Assembly: GCF_004010195.1 (NCBI RefSeq)
Contig: NC_057719.1
Coordinates: forward strand, 32,052,278-32,116,277
Origin: Chiloscyllium plagiosum
Taxonomy: Eukaryota
Length of the DNA: 64,000 bases
Direction of reading: 5' to 3'
Position numbers and translations under genes: made by a program. The notes below the pieces were generated by a model. That model searched no databases, had not been told where the DNA came from, and saw nothing but the letters and a program-made list of their open reading frames with translations. Numbering within the stretch: the stretch's first letter is position 1; each line of letters starts with the position of its first letter. Of the stretch, positions 52,665 through 64,000 are shown piece after piece.

Positions 52665-53005
52665 GCCACAATAATAATCCCACTGGATTACTAATCCAGA
52701 AGCCCAAACTAATATTCTGGGACAGGGGTTCAAATCACATCAAGGGAGCTGGTGGACCTTGAATTCAATTAATAAATGACAAATTGAAATTCAACAGTGA
52801 CCAGAAAACAATAATTGGATGCTACCAAAACCCACCCCCTTTACTAATGTCTTTTAGAGAAGAAAATCTGTTGAATTTATCTGGTCTGGCCTACATTTGA
52901 CTCCAAAGATATAACAATTTAATTGGCACTGAACTGCCTTCTGAACTGGCCTAGCAAACAACTCAGGGAGGGATAACAAGAGTTGGCCTTGCCAGAAACT
53001 CCCAT
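52665..53005 (+). mobile_element. Shark SINE-like repeat sharing its 3' end with the older CR1-group LINE; related pieces at about 11845-11975 (+) and 63215-63445 (-)
   Basis: ggttcaaatc B-box, ctggtctggcctacat.tgactcca, tggccttgccag...cccatc tail similar to 60620-60672. Confidence 0.6.
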
Positions 53006-53959
53006 CAAAATTCCTGGCTACTCACTTTGCTGTTTTTATATCCCTTTAAAAGCATTTAAATTCGCAAACATGATCTGTTAATCTCCCATGGCTTTTTATC
53101 TTGTGGACAAAAGTAAAATGAAAATTGTTCATTTTTGTTCAAGTCTCATGCTCCAATTCCTTCTTTCCCACATGAGCCAACTATTTATGTTTTATTTTTC
53201 GTTTTCAATCTTTCCTTGCCATACACACTTTCCACATCTTTTCTGACTAAAATGTATTTAGTTCCATTTCTTTTCAAGTCTCCATTTATTCATTCAGAAT
53301 TATGATCTCAGACTTACCAATACTGGCTGATCCAGTCTGGCAACATTCATGCTGTGGTGGCCCAATTTCCTGAGTCAACTGCATCTTCTGCACAGAAGTC
53401 TAGGTCTGGTACATTGGAAGATCTTCCCCCTACTTTGAAAATGCTATTTGCCCAAGAAAGGCTTAACTGGATAGTTCACCCGAGAACTATTAGGCTAGCA
53501 GTGGGAAAATCCAACCAAGGAGCAACTCTTCAAGAACACCAGCTACTCGTTAAAGGGAGATCTGGGGATTGAAGAGTTAAGTAACTGACCATATTGGGAC
53601 ATTTTTGTAATGCTTCTCCCTTTTCTGCTGAAGATTTGGAAGTTAAGTTGGAGACTTGGAAACATAAGAAGGTGCATTAGAAGAGGATGGTTGTTTAGGA
53701 TTAGAAGACGCTCCTCTCGTAAATGAACAGTAATTTTAGGAGGGCACTGTTGCGCCAGTTATCCAGGTTGCTAGTACCTGGCTGCAAATGTAAAAGAATG
53801 GAAAAGGCAATAGTTGATATGCTTAGTACGGTAACTTTCTTTTGAGTCCTATTAACATGGCATAAATATATGAAGGAATTTCCCAAATCCTTTGGTGGAT
53901 TCTGTAGCATTTGGGTCTAGAGGGGTTAATACTTGATTGTATGCAATAAGCACCACCCA

Positions 53960-55095
53960 TTTATGCGATGGACCGATGGACCGAGGAGTGGCAGCTGGCA
54001 TTTAGTCTATATAAATGTGAGGTACTACATTTTGGTGGGGCAAATCAGGGCAGGACTTATCCACTTAATTCACAGAGTAAAATTATCAAATTCCTACAGT
54101 GTACAAACAGGCCATTAGGCCCGACAAGCCTACACAGACCCTCCGAAGAGTAACCCACCCAGATCCATTCCCCTACCCTATTACTCTACATTTATCCCTT
54201 ACTAATGCACCTAACCTGCACATCCATGAATATAATGGGCAATCTAGCATGGCGATTTCATCTAACCTGCACATCTTTGGATTGTGGGAACAAACCCGAG
54301 CACCTGGAGGAAACCCACACAGACACACGGAGAATGTGCAAATGCCACACAGATGGTTGCCCGAGGCTGGAATTGAACCTGGGTCCTTGGCACTGTGAGG
54401 CAACAGTACTAATTGCTGAATCAAGGTCCTGGTGAGTGTAGCTGAGCAAGGAGATTTTGGAGTGAAGGTTCATTTTTCCTTAAAAGTGCAGTCACAAATA
54501 ACAGGGTAGTGAAGAAAGTGTTTGGTATGCTTGCCTTGAGTAAAAGAGATTGGAGGTTATGTTGCAGCTGTATAGGACATTGTTTAGGTCACTTTTGGAA
54601 TACTATGTTCAATTCTGGTTTCCCTGCTATAGGAAAGATGTTGTGCAATTTGAAAGGGTCCAGAAAAGATTTAGAAGAATGTTACCAGGTTTGGAGGGTT
54701 TGAGCTACAGGGCTGGGGCTCTGGAAGCTGTGGGGTGACCTTATACAGATTTTTAACATTAGGTGGGGTGTTGATACAATAAATAGTCACGGTCTTTTCC
54801 CAAGGGTGGGGGAGTCCAAACCTAGACAGGTTTAAGGTGAGAGGGGAAAGATTTAAAAGGAGCTAAGGAGCAATTTTTTCACACTGAGGGTGGTGCATAA
54901 ATGGAATGAATTGCCAGACGAAATTGTGCAGGCTGGTGCCATTTCAACATTTAAAAGGCATTTGGATGGGTATGTAAATAGGAATAAACCAAATGCAGGA
55001 AAATGGCACTAGATTAATTCAGAATATCTGGTCAGCATAGACAAGTTGGACCGAAGGGTCTGTTTTCGTGCTATACATCTCTATGAGTCTATGAA
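53960..55095 (+). mobile_element. CR1 3' portion interrupted by a minus-strand V-SINE (54085-54418)
   Basis: KCEVLHFG, QLYRTLFRSLLEYYVQFW; SINE V-domain in reverse orientation. Confidence 0.9.
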
Positions 55096-55525
55096 ACTAT
55101 GATAGTTACTATAATAGTGTCATGAGGACTTGGAGAGACATTAAAGGAGGATCTCTGGGAGTCAGCCCTAAGTTAACCGTAAATAAATTTAGTGAAACTT
55201 CTTTACTTTACAAGGGTCTTCTTGATGAACCAGAAGTTGGCCATCATCTTACGCACAAGGCCACTTAAGCCCCTAAAGAGCTGACATATGTAGCAAATAC
55301 AGATATCAGCACAATCTCAGGTCAATTTCATTTATTCTCCACCATTATTGTCCTCTTGCATACAATTATCCATTATTCTATCTGGCATGCTTCTTTTCCA
55401 CGTGGAAATGCTAAAAGCCCATATCAATCAGCAGCTCAGACCACCTCTGTGCTGTTCTGCTTTTAGGGAATTTCTCAATGATATCAACTGTGATGGATGA
55501 AGAGATTCTGGTCTCCTTCCTATCG

Positions 55526-55790
55526 GACTGACTGTGTGGAGTTTGCACGTTCTCCCCGTGTCTGCGTGGGTTTCCTCCGGGTGCTCTGGTTTCCTCCCAC
55601 AGTCCAAAGATGTGCAGGTCAGGTGAATTGGCCATGCTAAATTGCCCGTAGTGTTAGGTAAGGGGTATGTGTAGGGGTATGGGTGGGTTGCCCTTCGGCA
55701 GGTCGGTGTGGACTTGTTGGGCCGAAGGGCCTGTTTCCACACTGTAATGTAATCTAATCTAAAAAAAAGGTAATGTAATCTAATCTAAAA
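55526..55790 (+). mobile_element. 5'-truncated young V-SINE with duplicated tail
   Basis: Near-identical to 23379-23620; gtaatgtaatctaatctaaaa occurs twice. Confidence 0.92.
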
Positions 55791-55796
55791 GGAATC

Positions 55797-56390
55797 TTGG
55801 AAGGGTTTAGAAAAGATTTACAAGGATGTTGCCAGGGTTGGAGGATCTGAGCTACAGGGAGAGGCTGAACAGGCTGGGGCTGTTTTCCCTGGAGCATCAG
55901 AGGCTGAGGGGTGACCTTATAGAGGTTTACAAAATTATGAAGGGCATGGATAGAATAAATAGGCAAAGTCTTTGCCCTGGGGTCGGGGAATCCAGGACTA
56001 GAGGGCATAAAAAATCTAAAAAAATCTAATCTAATCTAATCTAAAAATAAGAACAGAGTATAAAAGCTCCTACACATAAAAATTAAGCACTTGGCTAAGG
56101 CAAATGTGGGCCGATTACAGGCAGAAATAAGAGGGGAAAGATATAAAAGAGACCTAAGGGGCAACTTTTTCATGCAGAGGGTGGTACCTGTATGGAATGA
56201 GCTGCCAGAGGATGTGGTGGAGGTTGGTATAATTGCAACATTTAAGAGGCATTTGGATGGGTATATGAATAGGAAGGGTTTGGAGGGATTTGGGCCGGGT
56301 GCTGGCAGGTGGGACTAGATTGGGTTGGGATATCTGGTCAGTATGGACGGGTTGGACCATGCTGTACATTTCTACGACTCTATGACTCTA
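55797..56390 (+). mobile_element. Young CR1 3' end carrying an ~120 bp foreign insert
   Basis: MLPGLEDLSYRERLNRL...SRTRGH | insert | RGERYKRDLRGNFF. Confidence 0.92.
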
Positions 56391-57435
56391 TTAGTCTTCA
56401 TCTAATCAGATACTTGCCAGCCCTCCTTTCCTTTTGCACCCCCACCAAACTGCTCATTTTTAAAAAAAAATGTCATCCAATAAATGCATCAGGTTTGCTT
56501 TATGTTAGCAGACATGGACATATCTAATTATGTCTCAATTAATTATGTGTAATCTTACTTTCTATTTAGCTCTTATGGGATGGACGCAGATCACTAGTGT
56601 TGGATGTATTCTTATCAACTGTTGCCTCTATTCCACAGGAAAGGACATTGTTATTGTCACAACCCTGATAAATAAGTGCGTTGCAGTTTTATTTGCCAGA
56701 TTTCCCCTAGTTTGGGAGGATGCAGCTCTTGAAGGCTTGCTGTTGTGGCAATTTTCATCCATGCAAGAAGATCTGAGCCAGATTATGTGTGCAGCATTGG
56801 GTAGCAGCTACACAGTGTTGCTAGCTGCCTAGTAAAGTATAGGTAATAATGGCATGTCAAAGTACAGACTCTGTGGTGGTGAAGGTATGCTAGTGATGCT
56901 TCAGTGGTTAATTGCAGTCTCATTTCTCACAAAGTACCATATCTTATTTCATCAAAGTAAATCAGGCAGGATTATTTAACTGAACAAAGGTTAGTCTCTT
57001 TTCCCCATCACTCCATGACAGCTTGAAGTTTTCAATAGTCAATTACTTTTCTTGGTTTAAAAATGGGACACTAGATCAGTTACTTTATATAATGTCCCAC
57101 TCTAATCTGATTAGGCAACAAAAGTACAATTTAATTTAAAAACTGAGAACTCTCAACAACTCTCCTGATAGAGGTTGGTTTGTGGAAGTAAACTGTTACG
57201 ATTGAGGAAGTGATTGAAATAAAAGGCAATTGTAAAGGGAAGAAGTGGAAATAAATGCCAAAAACCTTTTGTACTTTTACCATTAACAAGTAGTTCCATT
57301 CCGATAATAAAATAATATTAATTTTATCGAAAAGTTACAATGAAAGGTGTATGATTTATTTAAATTAAGGTCATTTTTAGGGTTTGGATTTCAAACTAGT
57401 GGCATATGGGTATTGATTAATTTTGTGAAGGGTAT

Positions 57436-57750
57436 GTGGTTAGCACTGCTGCCTCACAGCACCAGGGTCCTGGGTTCGATTCCCGCCTGTCTGTGTGGAG
57501 TTTGCACATTCTCCCTGTGTTTGGGTGGGTTTCCTCTGGGTGCTCTGGTTTCCTCCCACAATCCAAAGATGTGCAGGTCAGGTGAATTGGCCATGTTAAA
57601 TTGCCCACAGTGTTAGGTGCGTTAGTCAGGTGTAAAATATAGGGTAGGGGAATGGGTTTGGTGAGTTGAGGGGTGGTGTGGACTTGTTGGGCCGAAAGGC
57701 CTGTTTCCACACTGTAGAGAACCTAATCTAAAAAATCTAATCTAATCTAA
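57436..57750 (+). mobile_element. V-SINE
   Basis: B-box ggttcgattcc, V-domain, tctaa tail. Confidence 0.9.
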
Positions 57751-58279
57751 AAATAAGAACAGAGTATAAAAGCTCCTACACAAAAATTAAGCACTTGGCT
57801 AAGGCAAATGTGGGCCAATTACAGGCAGAAATAAGAGAATTTAGAGAATAGAGAAATGGCAGAGAAGCTAAATGATTATTTTGGACTTTATCCTCTGATA
57901 CTTTGTGTAAATGTCAATTTTGTTGAGTTTCATGAAAGGTTTCTCTTGGTGAGGCCTAATGGGATTTCTTGCAAATTTTCCCAAACTTGCTACATTAATT
58001 ATCTGCCATATCTATCATTGATCCTTTTGTTCAATGTGAATTAGATTAGACTAATTTTCCAGACCAGGAGGAACTTGCCACTGCCAGGATAGACTGACAA
58101 CTCTGGCACCTTGTGTTAAGAGGTAAACAGTAAGAACATACCCTAACCATTTGTGAGGTTACATGGACACTGTTTTCTAACTGCTGTGCATGGAATGGGA
58201 CTTGGAGGCTGTGGGTGGCATGGCAGACCTGAGTTGAAGTCACTGACAGAATCTAGCTGTTCCTACCCAGTTTGGTCTA

Positions 58280-58680
58280 TATGGTTTCTAACTCACTTCC
58301 TTACTCTTCAAAGTGTCCATCATCACATGTTAGGTCTGTGATGGAATGCTCTCCACTTTCCTGGATGAGTCCACCATAAAAAATTCAATAAGCTCTAAAC
58401 CATCCATAACAAAGGAGCATGCATGATCAGCACTCTATCGATCTCTTTAAACATTAATTTCCTGCACAGTGGCAGCCTTGTGTGACATCCATAAGATCTC
58501 CTACATCAAACTTTTCAACAATAACATCCAAATCCACAACTTCTGCCACCCACAAAGGCAGTCAATGCATGGGAACACCACCATCTGCAGGTTATCCTGC
58601 AAGTAACACACCGACTTGACTTAGTTTTATATTGTATTCTTCCATTGCCACTGGGTCGAAAACACGGAACTGAATCCCTA
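58280..58680 (+). mobile_element. Older CR1-group LINE 3' fragment
   Basis: VRSVMECSPLSWMS motif; reverse-orientation match to 26260-26630. Confidence 0.7.
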
Positions 58681-59110
58681 TGTTGTTGCTGGTTGCCCCT
58701 TAACCATGGCATGATCATCAGGTCATTTTGGCTTCCTAATATTAAACCATTGCCCCCTACACTCCCCCATACATGTGATTTATTGACAAATACACAAAAC
58801 CCACACTGATGGACGTACCTCTATAAAAGCACGTACATCTGGTTGTCATGAACCCAGGTGAGACTCTAGGCTACCAATGGATGACATGACGGTGGGACTA
58901 CATCTATTTCTTGTACATAAATACAACATGAACAAGATGTGCTGTTTGACAAAAATTGCAAATTAGTATCATTGGTAAGGAATTACTATCTACTATTCCA
59001 ATAAAGATAGCAACTTACTTATTTTAAATAGATTGTGGAGCTATTTGAGAATGGAATTTCTTGTGAATGTATGTAATATTGCTTGACCTGTTTGACTGTG
59101 AGAAAAATAA

Positions 59111-59262
59111 ACATCGAAAAGTGTGGTGCTAGAAAAGCACAGCAGGTCAGACAACATTCAAGGAGCAGGAGGATTGACGTTTCAGGCATAGGCCTTCATC
59201 AGGAATGATTCAGACTTTTTGATTCTGACTCTCCAGCATCTGCAGTCTTCACTTTCTCCCAA
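59111..59262. mobile_element. PLE-derived mini-element with hammerhead; 14 bp TSD (1 mismatch)
   Basis: tgtgagaaaaataa 59097-59110 / tgtgagaacaataa 59263-59276; minus strand cCTGATGAaggcctatgcctGAAAcgtc. Confidence 0.82.
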
Positions 59263-59782
59263 TGTGAGAACAATAATTCTAGAATAAGAAGAGACATAAT
59301 TTTGCATTTGGTAAATTATTTTTTTCTTTGCTATACATAAAACTTACATCTTATCTTTACATTCTTTCTCTAAACCAAAATATTTTGCTGTAGACCTCTG
59401 TTTCTACATTAAGTCTTCAAGAAAGCAAAATATTCAAGACTTAGTTTTGCCTTTTCACAATGAACATGGTCATCAGGTCACTTTGTTTTCCCAATATCAG
59501 ACCACTGCGCCTTAACCCACCATGATCATTTGAGCGATTAGAGTTTAACAGGGTTAAAGGTGGCTATGGATATTAGCTGAAAATGAAGCTAAAGTGGATG
59601 TTAAGCCCAATTTAAGCTAAGGGCAGCTAATTGGGGTTTAGAAAGAGAGTTCCGGGGGCAAAGCTGATGAAGGTTTTGTCGATATGGTATGTGGGAAGGT
59701 TTTCACGGTAGGCCAGTATTGAAAACTGGGAATTAATTCTGCTGTTGTTACCCAGTTGGTTTTCTAGAATCATCATAGAAGG

Positions 59783-60110
59783 AGAATCATAGAATCCCGA
59801 TAGTGTTGAAACAGGCCATTTGGCCCATTGAGTCCACACTGACCCTCCAAAGAGCATCCCATCCAGGTCTAGACACCCTCCCCTCGAACCTATCCCTGTA
59901 AGCCTCCATTTGCCATGGCTAATCCACCTAGCCTACACATCCCTGGATACTACGGGCAATTTAGCATGGGCAAGCTACCTCAACTGCACATCTTTGGACT
60001 GTGGAAGGAAGCTGGTACATCCAGAGGAAACCTGGATAAGGGGAGAATGTGCAAACTCCACACAGCTCGAGGCTGGAATTGAACCCAGGTCCCTGGTACG
60101 GTGAGGTAAT
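59783..60110 (-). mobile_element. V-SINE
   Basis: Reverse-orientation V-domain, head and tail. Confidence 0.85.
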
Positions 60111-60695
60111 AATGACACCAGGCTGTCCAGTTATAAGCAACTCTAACTTACCCCACCGACACCCCCAAAATCTGTTCAACATCAACAAAACACAAGTCAA
60201 ACACATGTGATAAAATATTCGCAGCTTGTTTGAGTGAGTGCAGTTCCAGCAACACTCAACAATACCATCCAGGATAAAACAGCTCACTTTTTCAGTACTT
60301 TATCCACTGCTTTATGCATTAATTCTCTCCACCACTGGCACAAAGCAGCAACTTTATGCCCCATCTGTAAGATGTTCTGCAGCAACATTTCTAGCCTCTT
60401 TTGGCACATATTTCAAAAACGTGACTTCTAGCACCAAGAAGGAAAAGGGCAGTAGATTCATAAAAACACTGCACCTGCAAGTACCCCTTCAAATCATGTG
60501 TCATCTTGACTTGGAAATATATTGCCATTCCAGCACTATCAAAAGCTCAGAACTCTCTAACATCATGGGTGGCTAACACAACACTGACCACAGCAGTACA
60601 ACACAACCTTCACAAGAGTCTTTAAGGATGGGCAAAAATGCTGGCTTTTCCGGTGATGCTCACTTCCCATGTGGGAAGTAACCACAATAAAAGGA
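60110..60695 (+). mobile_element. Older CR1-group LINE 3' end
   Basis: VSAVPATLNNTIQDKTA; ggatgggcaaaaatgctggc...cacttcccatg tail. Confidence 0.7.
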
Positions 60696-60946
60696 TGGAA
60701 AAGAAACCACATCGCAATTGGCTTTTAAGTTGGTCAAACAGTCACCTGGTTCTCTCAGCAACTGTTCAAACTAATTAGAAATAGACAATAAATATCCCAG
60801 CCTCAGCAGAAAGACCCACACACTGAAAATGAAACTGGAAACATACTGGAAATCTGAAAGAAGTTCTGAAAAGATTTCATTGGCCTATAATGTTTATTCC
60901 ATTGACAGATGCTACCAGAGTTGTTGAGTATTTTTTGAATTATTAA

Positions 60947-61163
60947 TGTGTATAGTGATTATGATGAGATTAATCAGCTGAACTTCATAGAATATGAGTT
61001 CCTTGATTGGGGCTGTTAGGTCCAATTAGTAAGTCCTGGTTGATATATAATAAGATGCTGACACTCTGAGAGCTGCCTCTAAAGAGGCAGTACTAACATC
61101 ACTGACTGTTAATGTATAGAGGGTGACTTGGTGATGGATACTGGCCTCTGTGGAGTTATTTCA
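60947..61163 (+). mobile_element. Putative solo LTR (TG...CA)
   Basis: Begins tgtg, internal tatataa, ends ggatactggcctctgtggagttatttca; shares its end with 1270-1394. Confidence 0.55.
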
Positions 61164-61171
61164 GGAGATAG

Positions 61172-62311
61172 GAGAAAGTGAGGACTGCAGATGCTGGAGA
61201 TCAGAGCTGAAAATGTGTTGCTGGAAAAGCGCAGCAGGTCAGGCAGCATCCAAGGAACAGGAGAATCGACGTTTCGGGCATAAGCCCTTCTTCAGGAATG
61301 CGGAAAGTGTGTCCAGCAGGCTAAGATAAAAGGTAGGGAGGAGGGACTCGGGGGAGGGGCGTTGGAAATGCGATAGGTGGAAGGAGGTCAAGGTGAGGGT
61401 GATAGGCCGGAGTGGGGTNNNNNNNNNNNNNNNNNNNNNNNNNNNNNNNNNNNNNNNNNNNNNNNNNNNNNNNNNNNNNNNNNNNNNNNNNNNNNNNNNN
61501 NNNNNNNNNNNNNNNNNNNNNNNNNNNNNNNNNNNNNNNNNNNNNNNNNNNNNNNNNNNNNNNNNNNNNNNNNNNNNNNNNNNNNNNNNNNNNNNNNNNN
61601 NNNNNNNNNNNNNNNNNNNNNNNNNNNNNNNNNNNNNNNNNNNNNNNNNNNNNNNNNNNNNNNNNNNNNNNNNNNNNNNNNNNNNNNNNNNNNNNNNNNN
61701 NNNNNNNNNNNNNNNNNNNNNNNNNNNNNNNNNNNNNNNNNNNNNNNNNNNNNNNNNNNNNNNNNNNNNNNNNNNNNNNNNNNNNNNNNNNNNNNNNNNN
61801 NNNNNNNNNNNNNNNNNNNNNNNNNNNNNNNNNNNNNNNNNNNNNNNNNNNNNNNNNNNNNNNNNNNNNNNNNNNNNNNNNNNNNNNNNNNNNNNNNNNN
61901 NNNNNNNNNNNNNNNNNNNNNNNNNNNNNNNNNNNNNNNNNNNNNNNNNNNNNNNNNNNNNNNNNNNNNNNNNNNNNNNNNNNNNNNNNNNNNNNNNNNN
62001 NNNNNNNNNNNNNNNNNNNNNNNNNNNNNNNNNNNNNCCCTCGAACTCAGCACCGCCTTCCTAACCTGCAATCTTCTTCCTGACCTCTCCGCCCCCACCC
62101 CAGTCTGACCTATCACCCTCATCTTGACCTCTTTCCACCTATCGCATTTCCAACGCCCCTCCCCCAAGTCCCTCCTCCCTACCTTTTATCTTAGCCTGCT
62201 GGACACACTTTCCTCATTCCTGAAGAAGGGCTTATGTCTGAAACGTCGATTCTCCTGTTCCTTGGATGCTGCCTGACCTGCTGCGCTTTTCCAGCAACAC
62301 ATTTTCAGCTC
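61172..62311. mobile_element. Young PLE insertion with inverted pseudo-LTRs spanning a gap; 15 bp TSD; two hammerheads
   Basis: tatttcaggagatag 61157-61171 and 62312-62326; 61203-61418 is the reverse complement of about 62095-62312; CTGAAGA-agggcttatgccc-GAAA-cgtc at 61263-61298 (-) and a variant at 62217-62253 (+). Confidence 0.92.
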
Positions 62312-63444
62312 TATTTCAGGAGATAGTTTATTTAAGGTGAAGTTCAACAAGACAGCAAGAAAGTCATTGGATAACAGTCTCTGAAGTTGGCAATGGTGAA
62401 TTATGTCTGGCTATGGCTGTGGTGGTCTCATTGGGTCCAGTTGGCAGATTGAGTGGAGCTAAATTGCCCTAATCCACTGCATGATTCCTTGGCTCCTATA
62501 GCAGTAATTCATGGAGGTATGAACTAATCAGTAAGCTGACATGATATACAAATTTTCAACCATTCCACCAGCTCCCCCTCCCTTCCCCTAATTACCTCCA
62601 AAACCAACTTTGCTCACTTGATACCATTCCTCATATGGTGTGTCTTTTTCAGCTTGTGCAAATGTCTGGAATTTATTGCTCCAGGGAAAGATTAGATCTG
62701 TAATATTTGTGCAGGTCTGCACCTGTTTTCAAGATATGGAAGCCATTATTTTCAGATTTTACACTGTTGTTTAGTAAATATAATTAGATAAATTTATGGC
62801 CACTGAGCTGTAACAAAATACAAGTTGTAAATATGTCAGCATTCATTAAAATGCACTCTAAATTTTATGACTTACTATGTTAGTGAAACTTGTTATTAAT
62901 CAGGATTAAACAAGCATTAAGTTTTTTTTATCTGTAGTGCTCAGCTCTTACATCTGTTTTTATCACTAAGTAAATATGAATGCACTCTTCCCAAACATTG
63001 GTTTTACGTACACAATACTAGATAATTTTTCATAATCTTCTCAAGCTGGATGGTTACAGGTCAAAGAATGGACTGAAATCTGTCATAGCCATGAGGAAAT
63101 AAACAGCAGGGTAATTGGTAGTAGAGTACTTTAGTATAGTGAGGCATTAGGAAGTGGTAGGTCTGTATTTTCCTCTTCTGTGATTTACTTCATTATGCAA
63201 TTTTTACTCAGCTATTTCTTTTAGGTTATTTTTTCATTTATTCTTTCTGGACTTTGCTGGCTATGTCTGCATTTGTCAGCCCTCCCTATCTGCTCTTGAA
63301 CTGATTAGCACACTGGTCTACTTCAAAAGCCAGTTAAAAGTCAACCACTTTGCTGTAGGTGTGGAGACAGATGTAGACCATGCCAGGAAAGGATGGCAGA
63401 TTTAATTCCTAAAGGACATGAGGGAACTAGATTGGTTTTATTCT

Positions 63445-63615
63445 GGAATCATAGAATCCCTTCAGTGTGGAAGGAGGCCATTCAGTCAATCAAGTCCATA
63501 CCAACTCTCTGAAGTATCCCTGGATACTAGGGGCAATTCAGCATGACCAATTCACCTAATCTGCACATCATTGAACTGTGGGAGGAAACCAGAACATCCA
63601 GAGGAAACCTACACT
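63445..63615 (-). mobile_element. Partial V-SINE
   Basis: ggggcaatt.agcatg.ccaattcacctaatctgcacatc...gtgggaggaaacc. Confidence 0.75.
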
Positions 63616-64000
63616 GATATCCAAAAAGAGGGTGATTATAGCAAAATCACCAAAAACCATGATATACATCTCTAATGGCTTTAACTCCTGGTCTAGTGGT
63701 ATTTACCCAAAAAAAACTATAAGCATCTGCTTAGTGACCAGATGTTTTTGTAGGTTTTTCCAGACTCTCATCCATTGAAGACATTTGCTGGATCGCTCCC
63801 TGGATTGCTTCACTTAATTGTCGTAAGTCTATATACAGACTGAGCTTAGCATTTGATTTGGGAACTGTTGCAAACCCTGAACACCAGCTAGCTATTTCTG
63901 TGATCAGTGATATTGCTCCTCTGTGTAGCATTATATCAATCCCTCCTTTACACTTCTCTAGCAACAGGTATGGTAACATCCTACAAATGTACAGTTAATG

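Noticed and set aside
53340..53930. Possible L1 ORF2 C-terminal remnant
   Set aside because: Only vague similarity; no diagnostic motif could be read.
61377..62167. ORFs of 223-259 aa
   Set aside because: Almost entirely N; the flanks are non-coding PLE ends.

Overview
Non-coding, repeat-dense vertebrate DNA. The repeat set (HE1-type V-SINEs, CR1 LINEs, a Deu-domain SINE, Penelope families) points to a shark/elasmobranch genome. There are three assembly gaps (13127-13856, 30712-31459, 61419-62037). No host gene is confidently recognisable; nearly all long ORFs are transposon remnants or gap artefacts. Recognisable elements are CR1 LINEs of several ages (ORF1 SGNH esterase, APE, RT), a second older CR1-group LINE, Rex1, RTE-BovB, a decayed Gypsy gag-pol, Harbinger, hAT and Tigger remnants, and about ten V-SINEs. 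The most striking signal is a set of Penelope-like element (PLE) ends carrying minimal hammerhead ribozyme motifs (CUGANGA...GAAA, about 11 copies). Several are short, non-coding or fold-back insertions with 10-15 bp target-site duplications (TSDs), and one is a composite insertion that appears to have captured unrelated DNA. Also noted: a 1.3 kb segment bounded by 219 bp inverted repeats, a local templated duplication inside a CR1, and a speculative phase-compatible multi-exon ORF on the minus strand. All family assignments are from motif recognition by eye; no database search was run.
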